64,000 bases of DNA from an archaeon. GTDB lineage: Archaea > EX4484-52 > WAPT01. The notes below the pieces were generated by a model, which was not told the DNA's origin, did not search any database, and was given only the letters and a program-made list of their open reading frames with translations. Positions 17,731 through 28,668 of the stretch are shown piece after piece (within the stretch, counting starts at the first letter, position 1; each line of letters begins with the position of its first letter). A program made the position numbers and the translations under genes. The DNA lies in contig JAPDKB010000008.1 in the NCBI GenBank assembly GCA_029258795.1, positions 64,001 to 128,000 of the forward strand, read 5' to 3'.

Positions 17731-19563
17731 TTAATCAACCAGCACCCTCAGATTGCCAAGTGCAACGGCCTGCAGTACTTTCTTGCCGGCATCGCTCTTC
17801 TTTTTGACCCTTATCTGCCCTCTCTTGCCTACAGTTGCAGAAAAGAGAAACTCCTCGCCCTTGTAAACATCAACGTTCTTGCCGACCAGCTTTCTGTCCA
17901 CCTCGATGATAACCGAGCCGGAAGCTTCCCTCACCCTGAAGGGTATGGCTTTTTTCAACGTGTCAACTATCGGCTCGACAGAAAGCCTTATGCCAACGAG
18001 CTCCTCCAGCTTGGCTATGTTCCTGCCCTCCTTACCAATAACTTTCGGCACATCCTCCTTCTTCACCCTCAGTACAGCTCTGTTCGGTCCGACTATCTCA
18101 ACGCTGAAGTCCTTTATGTAGCGCTTCAGAATTTGAGTGAGCCGCTCCTCAGCAAGCTTGGCTATGGTCGATTCCTTAGCTTCCCGGACCTTCATCACCA
18201 CCGTCTGCTCTCCGTAGGTGTAAATCTCGTACTCAAGCTTGCCCGTCTCAAAATCTATGACCTCCACTATTGGCCTCGCAAGGTCCTCAGCGGTCATGCC
18301 AGAAGGCACGCGCACATTCAAGTCAAGCACGTAAACCTTCTCTATCCTTCCGTTCTTCACGAAAATTATCGTGTCCACTATATGCGGAATCAAGCCCAGC
18401 TCAACTCTTTGGATGAAACGCTGCACCGCATCTATTGGCTGGGTGGCATGAACCACACCCACCATCCCAACTCCCGCTAATCTCATATCCGCAAAAACCT
18501 TGAAATCGTGGGTGGTGCGCAGCTCATCATAAATGGTGTAGTCGGGCCTCACAAGCAGAAGTATGTCTGAGGTTTTGGCCATGTCTCCTTCAAGGGGAGC
18601 GTATTGAGTTATCTCTGCGCTGACCTGCAAATCTCTCGGCTGCTCCATGGTTTTGACTATCTTGCCCTTGGACGCGTAGAATTCAGCGAGAGCCTGAGCA
18701 AGCGTGGTTTTTCCATGACCGGGAGGGCCGGCTATCAGTATGCCCTCAGCCCTCTCTTCCAGCCTTTTCTTCAGCTTGTCCGAGAGCTTGTAGTCCTCAA
18801 GCGTGACCTTCAGAATCGGCCTAACCAGCGTTATCTCCATCGCTTCAGAGAATGGTGGGCGTGTTATCGCTATCCTGTAGGAGCCAAGCTGCACAACGGT
18901 TGCGCCCTTCCTGCTTATCTCCACCATGGCCTTTTCGTCCATTCTAGCGCGTTCCATTATCTCTCTCGCAAACTCCTCCAGCATCTCTCTGGTCAAGACC
19001 ACATCATCCACATCCACCAGCTTGAAAGCTCCAGGCTTTCCTCTCTTTGCCTTTGGTCTGCACCCTTCCTTGAGGTGAAGAGACATCGTGTCCTTCGTGA
19101 TCCACCTCTCTATTGATAGCTTTTCCGGCATCTCGTGCTCCACATATATGATCTCTATACCCAGAGCTTCAGCACCCTTGGCTTGGATCATATCGCATGT
19201 TATGAGCACACCACCCATCTCTTTGGCAACGTCTCTTATGAGCGCGTCTATCCTCCCGCTCCTCGCAAGCTGAATCTCCTCAAGCGTGGGCTTTCTTCCT
19301 GCCTCTTTAAACTCGATCCCCCTCTTTTCACATTCCTCCCTTATCATCTTGAGCTCCTCAAGCCCCTCTATCCCTATCTCTCTTCCCCTGTTGGCCTGAT
19401 TTTCAAGCTCAGAAATCACGAATTCAGGAACAACTATGATGTCGTTCTTCTTTATTCTTCCTTCTTCCATCAACCTTCTTACCACTCCAGCGATTATGGC
19501 TGAAGTGTCAGGTACATACACTTTTCCTTTTGTTTTGCTTTTCGTTTTGCTTCCCATTTTCAA
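17731..19563 (-). CDS. PIN-domain ATPase with KH domain (PINA / PINc-VapC family ATPase)
   Basis: VPDTS PIN start, GPPGHGKT Walker A, EQPRDL, RPDYTIYDELR, VIGKEG KH motif. Confidence 0.92.
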   Translation of the reverse strand: MKMGSKTKSKTKGKVYVPDTSAIIAGVVRRLMEEGRIKKNDIIVVPEFVISELENQANRGREIGIEGLEELKMIREECEKRGIEFKEAGRKPTLEEIQLARSGRIDALIRDVAKEMGGVLITCDMIQAKGAEALGIEIIYVEHEMPEKLSIERWITKDTMSLHLKEGCRPKAKRGKPGAFKLVDVDDVVLTREMLEEFAREIMERARMDEKAMVEISRKGATVVQLGSYRIAITRPPFSEAMEITLVRPILKVTLEDYKLSDKLKKRLEERAEGILIAGPPGHGKTTLAQALAEFYASKGKIVKTMEQPRDLQVSAEITQYAPLEGDMAKTSDILLLVRPDYTIYDELRTTHDFKVFADMRLAGVGMVGVVHATQPIDAVQRFIQRVELGLIPHIVDTIIFVKNGRIEKVYVLDLNVRVPSGMTAEDLARPIVEVIDFETGKLEYEIYTYGEQTVVMKVREAKESTIAKLAEERLTQILKRYIKDFSVEIVGPNRAVLRVKKEDVPKVIGKEGRNIAKLEELVGIRLSVEPIVDTLKKAIPFRVREASGSVIIEVDRKLVGKNVDVYKGEEFLFSATVGKRGQIRVKKKSDAGKKVLQAVALGNLRVLVD

Positions 19564-19657
19564 TTCACCAGAACATTCAATTCTCTACCACTTTTAAAAA
19601 AGTTGTGGGAAAAAGAAAAAAAGCTCCCTGCTGCTGCGCTTCTTCTTTCAAGCTGGC

Positions 19658-19996
19658 TCATGCGATGTTCTCCGCTATGTTGCCCACGATGGGCAGCTTG
19701 AAATCCTCGTGCTTTATCGCTTTGATCATGCACACTATCCAGAGCACAAATCCAAGAAGTCCGAGCAGCACTCCTGTAATCCAGCCCAGTATTGGAATGA
19801 AGCCGAGCACGAACTTGATCACGAAAAGTCCGAGAAACAGCACCGTTGATTGTGCTGCATGAAACCTTACATACCTGCTCTTCTTTTCGACCAGCAGAAA
19901 TATTATTCCAGTCACAAATCCGAGCAGGTATGCAAGAAACGCTTCCACGTTCTCGGCCATACCAAGGCTTGTATCTCCACCTTTTTTCTCAGCCAT
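19658..19996 (-). CDS. DUF4870-like membrane protein
   Basis: ENVEAFLAY, VRFHAAQS, FKLPIVG. Confidence 0.75.
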   Translation of the reverse strand: MAEKKGGDTSLGMAENVEAFLAYLLGFVTGIIFLLVEKKSRYVRFHAAQSTVLFLGLFVIKFVLGFIPILGWITGVLLGLLGFVLWIVCMIKAIKHEDFKLPIVGNIAENIA

Positions 19997-20032
19997 TTCT
20001 TTTCACCTCTGTTGATTTAAATGATCAGAACC

Positions 20033-20950
20033 TCAGCTCACCACCGCCATGTAAGATATCTCCACAACCTGTGAACCGATGGTGGATGAGATTCCATAAG
20101 TTACGCCTTCCTTAACCACCACTCCGCTTATCTCATCCCCGCTGACTTGCACACCACTTGCCTGATACCCTTCCTTTGAAAGCTCGTTCACAAGCTCTTG
20201 TATATCCTCACTGCTAACTGCGCGTGGCACAGCATAGGATAGCACAACATAATTTGCTGTGCCGGTGCTCACCGTACCTACATCTGCCAGCTTTGCCCCT
20301 CCAAAGATGGAGATCAAAACAGGCCTTATGTCCTCATCCAGCTGTTGCGCGTATCCTGAAGGAGGTGTGACGTCAGCTGCTGACTCGTAGTAATCTTCCT
20401 GTGTGCTCTCACCTTGTGATGTCTCACCGGTTTCACCACAGGGTTTGGACAAATCGAGATTGATAAGTGTGTATTCTTTATCGCCGATCTTTACCAGTCC
20501 AACATCCACGTACAATATGTTGTTACCTTTTGAGAAAGTGAGTGACGTTCCCTCAACATAATGCATCGTGCCCACCCCCGGCACCACAATTCCGGCTCCT
20601 GCGGAAGAGCTCTTGCTTTCAAGATTCCAGCCATCGTTCTCCAGCTCGGAAGTGTAAAACTCAACCGCACCATCCATCTTGTTACCCTTAAGGTAGTATG
20701 AAGCGCTCTCAGAACATTCATCGAAAGAGTAGCTCACTCTTGTGGTGTCCGGATAGCGGGGCACACCATCTATATCTTTATCTCCAACATCATGCTTGGG
20801 AAGAAGCAGCTGAGCTGCATTTTCGACAACGCTCGTTGATGGCTTCCCACCACCTATGCAACCGCTTGCCAGAACAACGACAAAAACCAGAGACAAGACC
20901 GCAAATGCGCTTTTAATCGAAATTTTTTCTTTTATCATCAAGTTCACCAC
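20033..20950 (-). CDS. secreted/lipid-anchored hypothetical protein
   Basis: LASGC lipobox; DVPRYP-like motif; acidic linker. Confidence 0.65.
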   Translation of the reverse strand: MVNLMIKEKISIKSAFAVLSLVFVVVLASGCIGGGKPSTSVVENAAQLLLPKHDVGDKDIDGVPRYPDTTRVSYSFDECSESASYYLKGNKMDGAVEFYTSELENDGWNLESKSSSAGAGIVVPGVGTMHYVEGTSLTFSKGNNILYVDVGLVKIGDKEYTLINLDLSKPCGETGETSQGESTQEDYYESAADVTPPSGYAQQLDEDIRPVLISIFGGAKLADVGTVSTGTANYVVLSYAVPRAVSSEDIQELVNELSKEGYQASGVQVSGDEISGVVVKEGVTYGISSTIGSQVVEISYMAVVS

Positions 20951-21103
20951 AATTTTTTGTTTTAATTCACTTTGTTCAAAAAATTTATATAAGTATCTGG
21001 TTGTTCTGAAAAGAGACGAAATTCGAACTTTTTATTTGTTTAAATTTTGATGTTTCTGGTTAAACCGCAATCTTTTTATGATGATTTGAACAAAAACTGA
21101 TTC

Positions 21104-21367
21104 ATGGGATTGCATGGAGTGTGCACACGTCCAGACCACAAATTCGATATGGACTCTGTGGAGATGATATATGATCCGGAGACCAATACAGAATACTTGT
21201 GGGGGAAGTGTCTTGTCTGCGGAGCACCGAGAATAGAAAAGAGGCATCCCGGTTGTTCTGAGAAACAGCAGGTAAGCGCGAGAGAAATTTACAATACATT
21301 ACTCGCGCTTAAAGAACATGAGAAATACCCCACCATCATCCCTGTTACCACCTACACTTCCCACTAG
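21104..21367 (+). CDS. small Cys/His-containing hypothetical protein
   Basis: C-x4-H, CLVC, HPGC. Confidence 0.45.
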   Translation: MGLHGVCTRPDHKFDMDSVEMIYDPETNTEYLWGKCLVCGAPRIEKRHPGCSEKQQVSAREIYNTLLALKEHEKYPTIIPVTTYTSH

Positions 21368-22289
21368 CTTTCAACGCGCTGATTATATCATCGATCATCT
21401 CAAGCGCGGCCTGTCTGGCCGCCTCCTCAAACCTGTCTTCACCCGCCTCATATTTCTCTGATCTGTACGCTGCTATAACACCTCTCGCTGAGTGGATTAT
21501 GGCTCCGAGTCCATCCTCATTGAAGTTGTGCACAACGTCCTTTGCTTTTGCACCCTGCGCTCCGTAGCCCGGCACGAGCACCACAGCTCTTGGAACAAGC
21601 TTCCTGCACACCTTTGCCTGCTCGGGATAGGTTGCGCCAACAACCATACCAACGGAAGAGTAGCCGTACTCCGTGCCGATCAGCTCGGCACCCCATTCAT
21701 CCACCTTCCTTGCAACCATCTGGAAGAGCGTTGAACTATCGTTGTCCATTTTCACGTCCTGAAACTCGTGGCTGGAAGGATTGGAGGTCTTCACGAGCAC
21801 AAAGATGCCTTTGCCGAAATTCCCGCACGCATCAAGGAACGGCTTTATCCCATCCGTGCCGAGGTACGGGTTGACTGTTATTGCGTCAGCATCAAAATAG
21901 CTACTTGCCTTTGTTCCGTCACACAGTTCAACTCTGCCCAAATAAGCGTTAGCGTAAGCTTCTGCTGTGCTTCCGATGTCGTTGCGCTTCACATCCAAAA
22001 TCACAATTCTGTCCCTCTTTTTCACATGCTCTACGGTCTTTTTCAGCGCTTTTATGCCGTGCTTCCCGTAAAGTTCGTAGAACGCTGAATTGATTTTGTA
22101 GCACGGCACTAAATCGTATGTAGCATCCACAATTTTCCTGTTAAACTCAAGTATGGCTTCTGCTGTGGCTTCAAACACGTTATCCTCCTTTTCCACGGCT
22201 TGCTGCTTTATGAACGAGGGCACGAAGCTTATTCTTGTGTCAAGCCCTATGCAGCACGGATTTTGTAGTTTATCCATTAGGTTTAACAA
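21345..22289 (-). CDS. pyrF: orotidine-5'-phosphate decarboxylase (subfamily 2)
   Basis: IGLD, DVKRNDIGST, NPYLG, VKTSN, VVGAT, PGYGAQG. Confidence 0.95.
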   Translation of the reverse strand: MLNLMDKLQNPCCIGLDTRISFVPSFIKQQAVEKEDNVFEATAEAILEFNRKIVDATYDLVPCYKINSAFYELYGKHGIKALKKTVEHVKKRDRIVILDVKRNDIGSTAEAYANAYLGRVELCDGTKASSYFDADAITVNPYLGTDGIKPFLDACGNFGKGIFVLVKTSNPSSHEFQDVKMDNDSSTLFQMVARKVDEWGAELIGTEYGYSSVGMVVGATYPEQAKVCRKLVPRAVVLVPGYGAQGAKAKDVVHNFNEDGLGAIIHSARGVIAAYRSEKYEAGEDRFEEAARQAALEMIDDIISALKASGKCRW

Positions 22290-22322
22290 GCAGTCAGCGA
22301 AATTTTTCTTGATGATATCGCA

Positions 22323-22733
22323 TCACCAAGACAATAAAGTTATGGCAGCTATAGCAAGCAATACTCCCATAGCTTTGATGAGCGTTATCTTCTCCTCCAG
22401 CACCAGTATGCCTAGCAGCACTGTCACAGCAGTACTCATACCAACTATCGGCTTGACTATACTTATCTTACCTGAGCTTATTGCACGAATGTAAAAGAAG
22501 AATGCTATGCTTGCTATAAAGCCAGCGGTGCTTACATAAGGCACAACTTGCTTGTTGATGGATTTTGACGGAGCTTGATAAACCCACATCAGAGCAAGAA
22601 AGAGGAGCATGAAGCCTGTGGTGAGGAAAGTCACGGTTAAAGAGTCTGCATAGTTTGATGCGAGCTTATAAAGCAGAGGCGTGATACCATAAAGGAGCAT
22701 GGCGACCAGAGCAAAAATTACGTAAGCTTCCAT
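22323..22733 (-). CDS. EamA/DMT family membrane protein
   Basis: 5 TM segments; GKISIVKPI, LEEKIT. Confidence 0.8.
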   Translation of the reverse strand: MEAYVIFALVAMLLYGITPLLYKLASNYADSLTVTFLTTGFMLLFLALMWVYQAPSKSINKQVVPYVSTAGFIASIAFFFYIRAISSGKISIVKPIVGMSTAVTVLLGILVLEEKITLIKAMGVLLAIAAITLLSW

Positions 22734-22794
22734 GAAACTTCGATGAAGTTTAAAAACTTTAAATTTCTGTCGCTGCATATCTGTCCTTGTATCG

Positions 22795-23176
22795 TTAAAG
22801 TTGTACCACAAAACCCAGCTCTTCCAGAGCTTCCTTTGCATTTTTCAAGTCATTCTCCTTCACCAGAATGTGATCAGTCGAGTAGGAAGAGATAACAAAG
22901 ATAGATACGCTTTTTTTGGCGAGTGCACTAGCTACTTTTGCGAGAAATCCGACAAGGTTGAAAGGCAGCACCATGTCAAAAGTAAGAAGCTTCCATCCCG
23001 GCTCCATCTCCAGTGTGTCCACTTCATCAATCTTTGCTTCATCGATTATGACCGTTATTTCCTTCCCATCCATTATGTTGGCAAAAGCTTCAGGGTGTGG
23101 TTTCTTGGCTTTGACTATCGCAAATCTCTCTTTCCACACGTATACTCTTCCATCAGAACGAACATCTTGTTCCATG
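22795..23176 (-). CDS. ACT domain protein
   Basis: LPFNLVGFLA, SIFVISSYSTDHILVK. Confidence 0.85.
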
Positions 23177-23200
23177 GTTTGATGATGCTCAAGAACATAT

Positions 23201-24052
23201 TTATTTGTAGGGCTCCAATCCCTCAAAAAACTCCACCGCAAGCTTCCCTATGTCTTGACTGTAACCTCCTTCAAGAACAGCAAAACATCTTGCTTTGCAT
23301 TCTTTAACTGTGTTTGCTATGGGTTTAGCAATTTTTTGGTAGCTTTCTTTTTTGAGCAGAAAACCCGTAAGAGGATCCTTCTCGTAAGTGTCGAAACCCA
23401 ACGAGATTGCAAGCACATCCGGCATGAATTGCTGTATTCTTGTCAGAGCTTTTTCCAGCGTTTTAAGGTAAGCTTTCTCATCCGTTCCGGCTGGGAGCGG
23501 GAAGTTTATGCAGTTATCAGTGCTTTCCGTTCCTGTGCCGGGATAAAATGGATACTGATGAATGGAAACGTAAAGCACGTTGTCATCATGCAAGAAGATG
23601 TCCTGAGTGCCGTTTCCGTGATGCACATCGATATCAAGAATGGCTACTCTTTCTCCAGAATAAACCTTCCTCACCGCTACGGCTATGTTGTTGAAGTAGC
23701 AAAATCCTCCGAGAAAGTTCTTGCCAGCGTGATGGCCCGGCGGTCTTGTCAGGGCAAAGCCCTCAAGCTCGGCAGCCTTTATTGCGCATCCTGCTGCAAG
23801 AATCGGGTACTTAACGTCTATGGGCGGTGTGTCAGCATCAAAATAGTTCATACTCTCCACGCGTTTCACATGCTCTTCTGTGTGCACCACCAGCAGATCT
23901 TCAAGCTTTGCAGGCCTTGCATCCACAAAATCATGGTCAGTCTTTTCAAGCGCCTCCGCAATCCTTTTTACCCTTTCCGGAGTTTCCGGATGAAAGTCAT
24001 CATGTCTGTATTCCAAACAGAGCGGGTTGTAGATGACGAGCATACTTTTCAA
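23201..24052 (-). CDS. histone deacetylase family protein
   Basis: HPETPER, RPPGHHA, GFCYFNN, DIDVHHGNGTQ, LEGGY. Confidence 0.93.
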   Translation of the reverse strand: MKSMLVIYNPLCLEYRHDDFHPETPERVKRIAEALEKTDHDFVDARPAKLEDLLVVHTEEHVKRVESMNYFDADTPPIDVKYPILAAGCAIKAAELEGFALTRPPGHHAGKNFLGGFCYFNNIAVAVRKVYSGERVAILDIDVHHGNGTQDIFLHDDNVLYVSIHQYPFYPGTGTESTDNCINFPLPAGTDEKAYLKTLEKALTRIQQFMPDVLAISLGFDTYEKDPLTGFLLKKESYQKIAKPIANTVKECKARCFAVLEGGYSQDIGKLAVEFFEGLEPYK

Positions 24053-24086
24053 TTGAAAAAAGAAGAAAGTTTAAGGCGCTTTTTCA

Positions 24087-24749
24087 TCACTTCTTTCTCA
24101 ACGTGTGTGCTGCCACAAGCACGGCAAGGAAGAGAAATACTGCACCAATCATGGACGATGCTGTGCCGACAGCCATCCCCGAAATGCTTCTTTCAGCCAG
24201 AGATGCCATGTTGAAAGCGGCTGTGGCAAGGAGTAATATCGGTGTGATGAGCAGAGCAAGCTCCAAGCCGTGGGATGTCGATTGACTTGTTTCTTCCCTC
24301 ACAGGGGCCTGTGGAACTTGCTCTTGCTCTTCTTCTTTCTGGAATTTATCTTCGAAAGCATGCCACCTATGTAGTTCATAAGCTATGGACTCCCTTATTA
24401 TGTTTCTTATCCTCTCAAGCCGGTGGCCCTCCTTCCTTTTAGCAAAGCGGTATGAATGCCCATCAGTGTGCAGGAAATCCTTCACAGCTCTTGCATTCAG
24501 GATTACATGTTCCTTTTCATGGTCTATGTGCACCAGCTTATCGGGTGGTGTGGGCTCAACATAGAATCTAAATCTTCTGAGCATATCGTGATAAACAACA
24601 TCCGGGCTCAAATTTGGGTGGTGCGCGACTATTCTCTCTGCCGCAAGCCTGACAGCTTCCGGGAATATGCTTCCGAACACTCCTTTTATATCCTTTCTAA
24701 CAACTGACTTGTAAGCATCCTTCATTGCATCAAGGTATCTCTTTGTCAT
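24087..24749 (-). CDS. hypothetical protein with two C-terminal TM helices
   Basis: 220-aa ORF. Confidence 0.6.
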   Translation of the reverse strand: MTKRYLDAMKDAYKSVVRKDIKGVFGSIFPEAVRLAAERIVAHHPNLSPDVVYHDMLRRFRFYVEPTPPDKLVHIDHEKEHVILNARAVKDFLHTDGHSYRFAKRKEGHRLERIRNIIRESIAYELHRWHAFEDKFQKEEEQEQVPQAPVREETSQSTSHGLELALLITPILLLATAAFNMASLAERSISGMAVGTASSMIGAVFLFLAVLVAAHTLRKK

Positions 24750-24909
24750 GTTAGAAAGGAAGAAAATAACCTAAATATATTGATTTGTATAGTGTAATAT
24801 ACATTATACGGAATGTAATTTTGATTCAGAGCTATGTTCGGTTACGACACATTATTGAAAAATCAATTTTTCTCGTGAAATAAACCCTTTTAAAACTCCA
24901 CCCGAAATT

Positions 24910-27573
24910 TTGTTTATGGCTTCTGCGGAGCAGGGTGAAGCTTCAGCCGGAAGAATCGTCTGGATGGATAAGCCCTACAGCAGGGAGGAGATAGAGAGCA
25001 TACTAGACCCGCTGGTTAGAGAGTGGTTCTTCTCCCGCTTTAAAGATTTTTCTCCACCCCAGCGCTTCGCCATCATGGAGATACACAGGCAGAACAACGT
25101 GCTCGTTTCAAGCCCAACTGGAAGCGGGAAGACGCTTGCTGCCTTCCTTGCAATCATAAACGAGCTTGTGATCCTTGCAAGGAACAACATGCTTGAAGAT
25201 AAGATTTACTGCATCTACATCTCTCCTTTGAGGGCTTTGAGCAACGACATAGAAAGAAATCTGCAAGTACCCCTTGCTGAGATCTACGAGCTCGCGAAGA
25301 AAAAAGGAATAAAATTGCAAAGGATACGCGTGGCAAAGCGCACCGGAGACACCACCGCAAGTCAAAAATCCAGCCAGCTGAAGAAGCCGCCACACATACT
25401 CATCACCACACCCGAAAGCTTCACCATAGCTCTGTCTTCCCCAAAATTCTCGCAGCTGATGGCTCAGGCAAGGTATGTTGTGGTGGATGAAATACACAGC
25501 ATAGCCGAAAATAAGCGCGGCTCCCTGCTGTCTCTGGCTTTGGAAAGGCTCGAAGCCAAAGCTCAGAACAGCTTTGTCAGAATTGGTCTTTCAGCCACGA
25601 TCCACCCGCTGGAAGAGGTGGCTAAATTCCTCGTTGGATTTGAGGAAGAGGGGTTGCCAAGGCACTGTAAAATTGTGGATGTCTCGTTTGAAAAAAGGAT
25701 CGATGTTGAGGTGCTTTCTCCAGTGGAGGATCTGATCTACACACCAACAGAAGTTATGCATGAAAAGCTTTACCAGCTGCTGGACAAGCTGATAGAAAAG
25801 CACACCACCACCCTCATCTTCACCAATACGAGATCGGGCACGGAAAGGGTTGTGCACCATCTCAAAACCAAGTTCAAGGATAAGTACGCTGAGCTTGTTG
25901 AAGCGCACCACGGTTCTCTCTCAAGAGAGATAAGGTTGGACGTGGAGAGAAAGCTGAAGGAGGGCAAGCTGAAGTGCGTGGTGTCATCCACTTCCCTTGA
26001 GCTTGGAATAGACATAGGTTATATCGATCTTGTGGTGCTCATAGGCAGCCCGAAGTCGGTAACGAGAGCTATCCAGCGCATAGGGAGAAGTGGTCATAGG
26101 CTGGAGGATGTGGCCAAAGGCAAGATAGTCGTGCTTGACAGGGATGATCTTGTTGAATGTGTGGTGATGGCGAAGAACATAAGGGAGAGGAAACTCGACA
26201 AGATTCACATACCCACAAACACGCTCGATGTGTTATGTCAGCATCTGGTCGGCATGAGCATAGAGAGGGGGTGGAAAGTTGAGGAAGCTTTCAGCATGAT
26301 AAAAAGGAGCTATACCTTTCACAATCTCAGCTGGGAAGATTACATGGCGGTGCTGCGCTATCTGAATGGAGAGTACGTGCAGCTGGAAGAGAGAAACGTG
26401 TACGCGAAGCTCTGGTTTGATGAGGAGACGATGGAGTTTGGAAGGCGTGGCAAGATGATAAGACCCATCTACTATTTAAACGTGGGGACGATACCTGAGG
26501 AGAGCTACGCCAAGATCTATTCAGCTGACAAGAAGTCCTTCATCGGGATGGTGGAGGAGGAGTTTATGGAGAAGCTGACAAAAGGAGATAGGTTTGTTCT
26601 TGGTGGTAAGGTTTACGAGTTTCTTTATTCGAGGGGGAATAAGGGCTATGTCAAGCTGGTGGAGGATGCCAAGCCAACCGTGCCGTCATGGTTTTCCGAG
26701 CAGCTCCCTCTGACATATGAACTCGCTCAGGACATCGGCCGCTTCAGGTTCGAGATGAGGAGCCTGCTGGAGAGCGGGGCCGATAAACCTTACATAATAA
26801 GACATTTGATGGAGAAGTACAAGGTGAATAGAGTCACAGCTGAAGCCATCTACAACTACTTCAGGGAGCAGTATGACTATCTCTTCGTGCCAACGCATGC
26901 TGAGGTGCTTGTTGAGAACTACATGGATGAGCTGGGCAGGCAGAACATAATATTCCACACTCTTGTGGGAAGGAGAGCTAATGAAGCTTTGAGCAGAGCT
27001 TATGCTTATGCTCTTTCCCGCTACAAAAGGTGCAACGTCAGGATAATGCTCAATGATAACGGCTTTGCATTGATTCTGCCGAGGGATGTACGGGTTGACC
27101 CTCATCTCGTGGTTGAGCTTGTAACATCTGACAATCTGGAAGAAATGCTCAGACATGCGCTCGAAGGCACGGAAATTCTGAAGCGCAGATTCAGGCATGT
27201 GGCGACGAGAAGCTTCCTGATACTCAGGCGTTACGGAAAGCGTGAGAAAAGTGTGGCAAGGCAGCAGGTGAATGCCGAGATGCTTCTCAAGCTTATAAAG
27301 CGCATCGATCCGAACTTCCCTCTTCTCAAGGAGACGTACCGCGAGATAATGGAGGATGCCATGGACATAAAGAATGCGAAGCTCTTCCTGAAGGACATCG
27401 AGGCGGGAAGAAAGAGGTTCGTGATAAAGGACAGCGTAGAGCTCCCATCTCCGTTTGCGCTGAATCTCGTGGTGCTCGGATCAACGGATGCCGTGCTCAT
27501 GGAGGACAGGAGGGAGCTGATAAAGCTCTTCCATCACCAGCTCATGAAACGGCTTGGAGGTGAGGTGTCTTGA
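24910..27573 (+). CDS. lhr: Lhr-type ATP-dependent helicase
   Basis: SPTGSGKT, TTPES, DEIH, GLSAT, HHGSLS, LELGID, QRIGRSGH. Confidence 0.92.
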   Translation: MFMASAEQGEASAGRIVWMDKPYSREEIESILDPLVREWFFSRFKDFSPPQRFAIMEIHRQNNVLVSSPTGSGKTLAAFLAIINELVILARNNMLEDKIYCIYISPLRALSNDIERNLQVPLAEIYELAKKKGIKLQRIRVAKRTGDTTASQKSSQLKKPPHILITTPESFTIALSSPKFSQLMAQARYVVVDEIHSIAENKRGSLLSLALERLEAKAQNSFVRIGLSATIHPLEEVAKFLVGFEEEGLPRHCKIVDVSFEKRIDVEVLSPVEDLIYTPTEVMHEKLYQLLDKLIEKHTTTLIFTNTRSGTERVVHHLKTKFKDKYAELVEAHHGSLSREIRLDVERKLKEGKLKCVVSSTSLELGIDIGYIDLVVLIGSPKSVTRAIQRIGRSGHRLEDVAKGKIVVLDRDDLVECVVMAKNIRERKLDKIHIPTNTLDVLCQHLVGMSIERGWKVEEAFSMIKRSYTFHNLSWEDYMAVLRYLNGEYVQLEERNVYAKLWFDEETMEFGRRGKMIRPIYYLNVGTIPEESYAKIYSADKKSFIGMVEEEFMEKLTKGDRFVLGGKVYEFLYSRGNKGYVKLVEDAKPTVPSWFSEQLPLTYELAQDIGRFRFEMRSLLESGADKPYIIRHLMEKYKVNRVTAEAIYNYFREQYDYLFVPTHAEVLVENYMDELGRQNIIFHTLVGRRANEALSRAYAYALSRYKRCNVRIMLNDNGFALILPRDVRVDPHLVVELVTSDNLEEMLRHALEGTEILKRRFRHVATRSFLILRRYGKREKSVARQQVNAEMLLKLIKRIDPNFPLLKETYREIMEDAMDIKNAKLFLKDIEAGRKRFVIKDSVELPSPFALNLVVLGSTDAVLMEDRRELIKLFHHQLMKRLGGEVS

Positions 27574-27902
27574 AGGGAATTGATTTTTTCAGGCTGAATG
27601 AGGAGGGATTGAAGAGAAGAAAGGAGAAGGAAATGGAAGAAGAGAAGATGATTTACGATGCTCTCCGCAAGTATGTGAAAGATGGAGAGGGGCTTGTGCT
27701 TCTCTATACTATCGGGCCGGGGGCTGAGAGGGAAGAGTACAGGGTCGTGATGGACAGATTCAACGTCAAGGAGGTTAGGAAGGCTCTGGAGTACATGGGA
27801 GGTAAGCTTGAAATCTCCGTGCCATCCGAAGGCTTGTGCCTCGTGCTGAAAAAGGATGATACCCTCCAAGAATTTTACGTGGAAGTGAAAAATGATGAGT
27901 GA
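27570..27902 (+). CDS. hypothetical protein
   Basis: overlaps lhr stop, GGAGGTGA RBS. Confidence 0.6.
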   Translation: MKGIDFFRLNEEGLKRRKEKEMEEEKMIYDALRKYVKDGEGLVLLYTIGPGAEREEYRVVMDRFNVKEVRKALEYMGGKLEISVPSEGLCLVLKKDDTLQEFYVEVKNDE

Positions 27903-28662
27903 TGATATTATACCAAAGGAAGTTTTGGTGGACAGCAAGATTAAGTTATTGCCGGAAGGGGGAGCGGTCATTGACGACAAAATTCTTGTTATAGCGGATC
28001 TCCACCTTGGTTTTGAAGGTGTGATGGCCACAAGCGGGCTATTCATGCCGCGCATCATGCTTGAGGACGTAAAAGCTCTGCTTTCCCGAATTGTGGATAA
28101 GCACAAAAAACTTGAGGAGCTCGTTGTTGCTGGAGACATGAAGCATGAATTTGCGGAGATGCACGGGTTTGAGTGGAAGGATGTGCATGCCTTCATGGAG
28201 TTCGCGCTTGAAAAATTCAAAAGGGTCGTGGTGGTGAGGGGAAATCATGACAACTATCTCAAAGTTGCACTCAAGAGGTATGAGAGAGTGGTGTTTGAGG
28301 AAGCTGCCTATGTTAAAGATGATTTTGTGGTGGTGCATGGCGATAAGGATAATGTTGCGGCTTTTTCCAGACCCTTCCTGATAATGGGGCACGAGCATCC
28401 AGCCATCGTTGTGAAGGATGATGTTGGTGCCGTTGTGAGAACAAGATGTTTCATGGTTGGCAAGTATGGGAGGACTAGGATTGTTGTGCTTCCGGCATTC
28501 TCTCCGATTTTTATGGGTACCGACATCCTTTCAATGCCGGACAGCGAGCTCCTCTCGCCGATTCTAAGAAGGATTGGCATAGAGGATTTCAAGCTTTACG
28601 CCTGCCTTGAAGATGAGGTTCTCGAATTTCCCACCATAGCTGAGATAAGAGCTCACATGTGA
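27892..28662 (+). CDS. metallophosphoesterase (Lhr-associated MPE-like)
   Basis: ADLHLG, GD, GNHD, HG, GHEHP, LPAF. Confidence 0.88.
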   Translation: MMSDDIIPKEVLVDSKIKLLPEGGAVIDDKILVIADLHLGFEGVMATSGLFMPRIMLEDVKALLSRIVDKHKKLEELVVAGDMKHEFAEMHGFEWKDVHAFMEFALEKFKRVVVVRGNHDNYLKVALKRYERVVFEEAAYVKDDFVVVHGDKDNVAAFSRPFLIMGHEHPAIVVKDDVGAVVRTRCFMVGKYGRTRIVVLPAFSPIFMGTDILSMPDSELLSPILRRIGIEDFKLYACLEDEVLEFPTIAEIRAHM

Positions 28663-28668
28663 TGCGCG

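Noticed and set aside
23255-24214. Long opposite-strand ORFs (also 41186-41977, 35949-36713, 48057-48800)
   Set aside because: Antisense shadows of better-supported genes, with no motifs
24787-24850. loxP-like or Cas9-repeat-like short matches (GTATAATGTAT, AGAGCTATG)
   Set aside because: Partial single matches expected by chance; no recombinase or array
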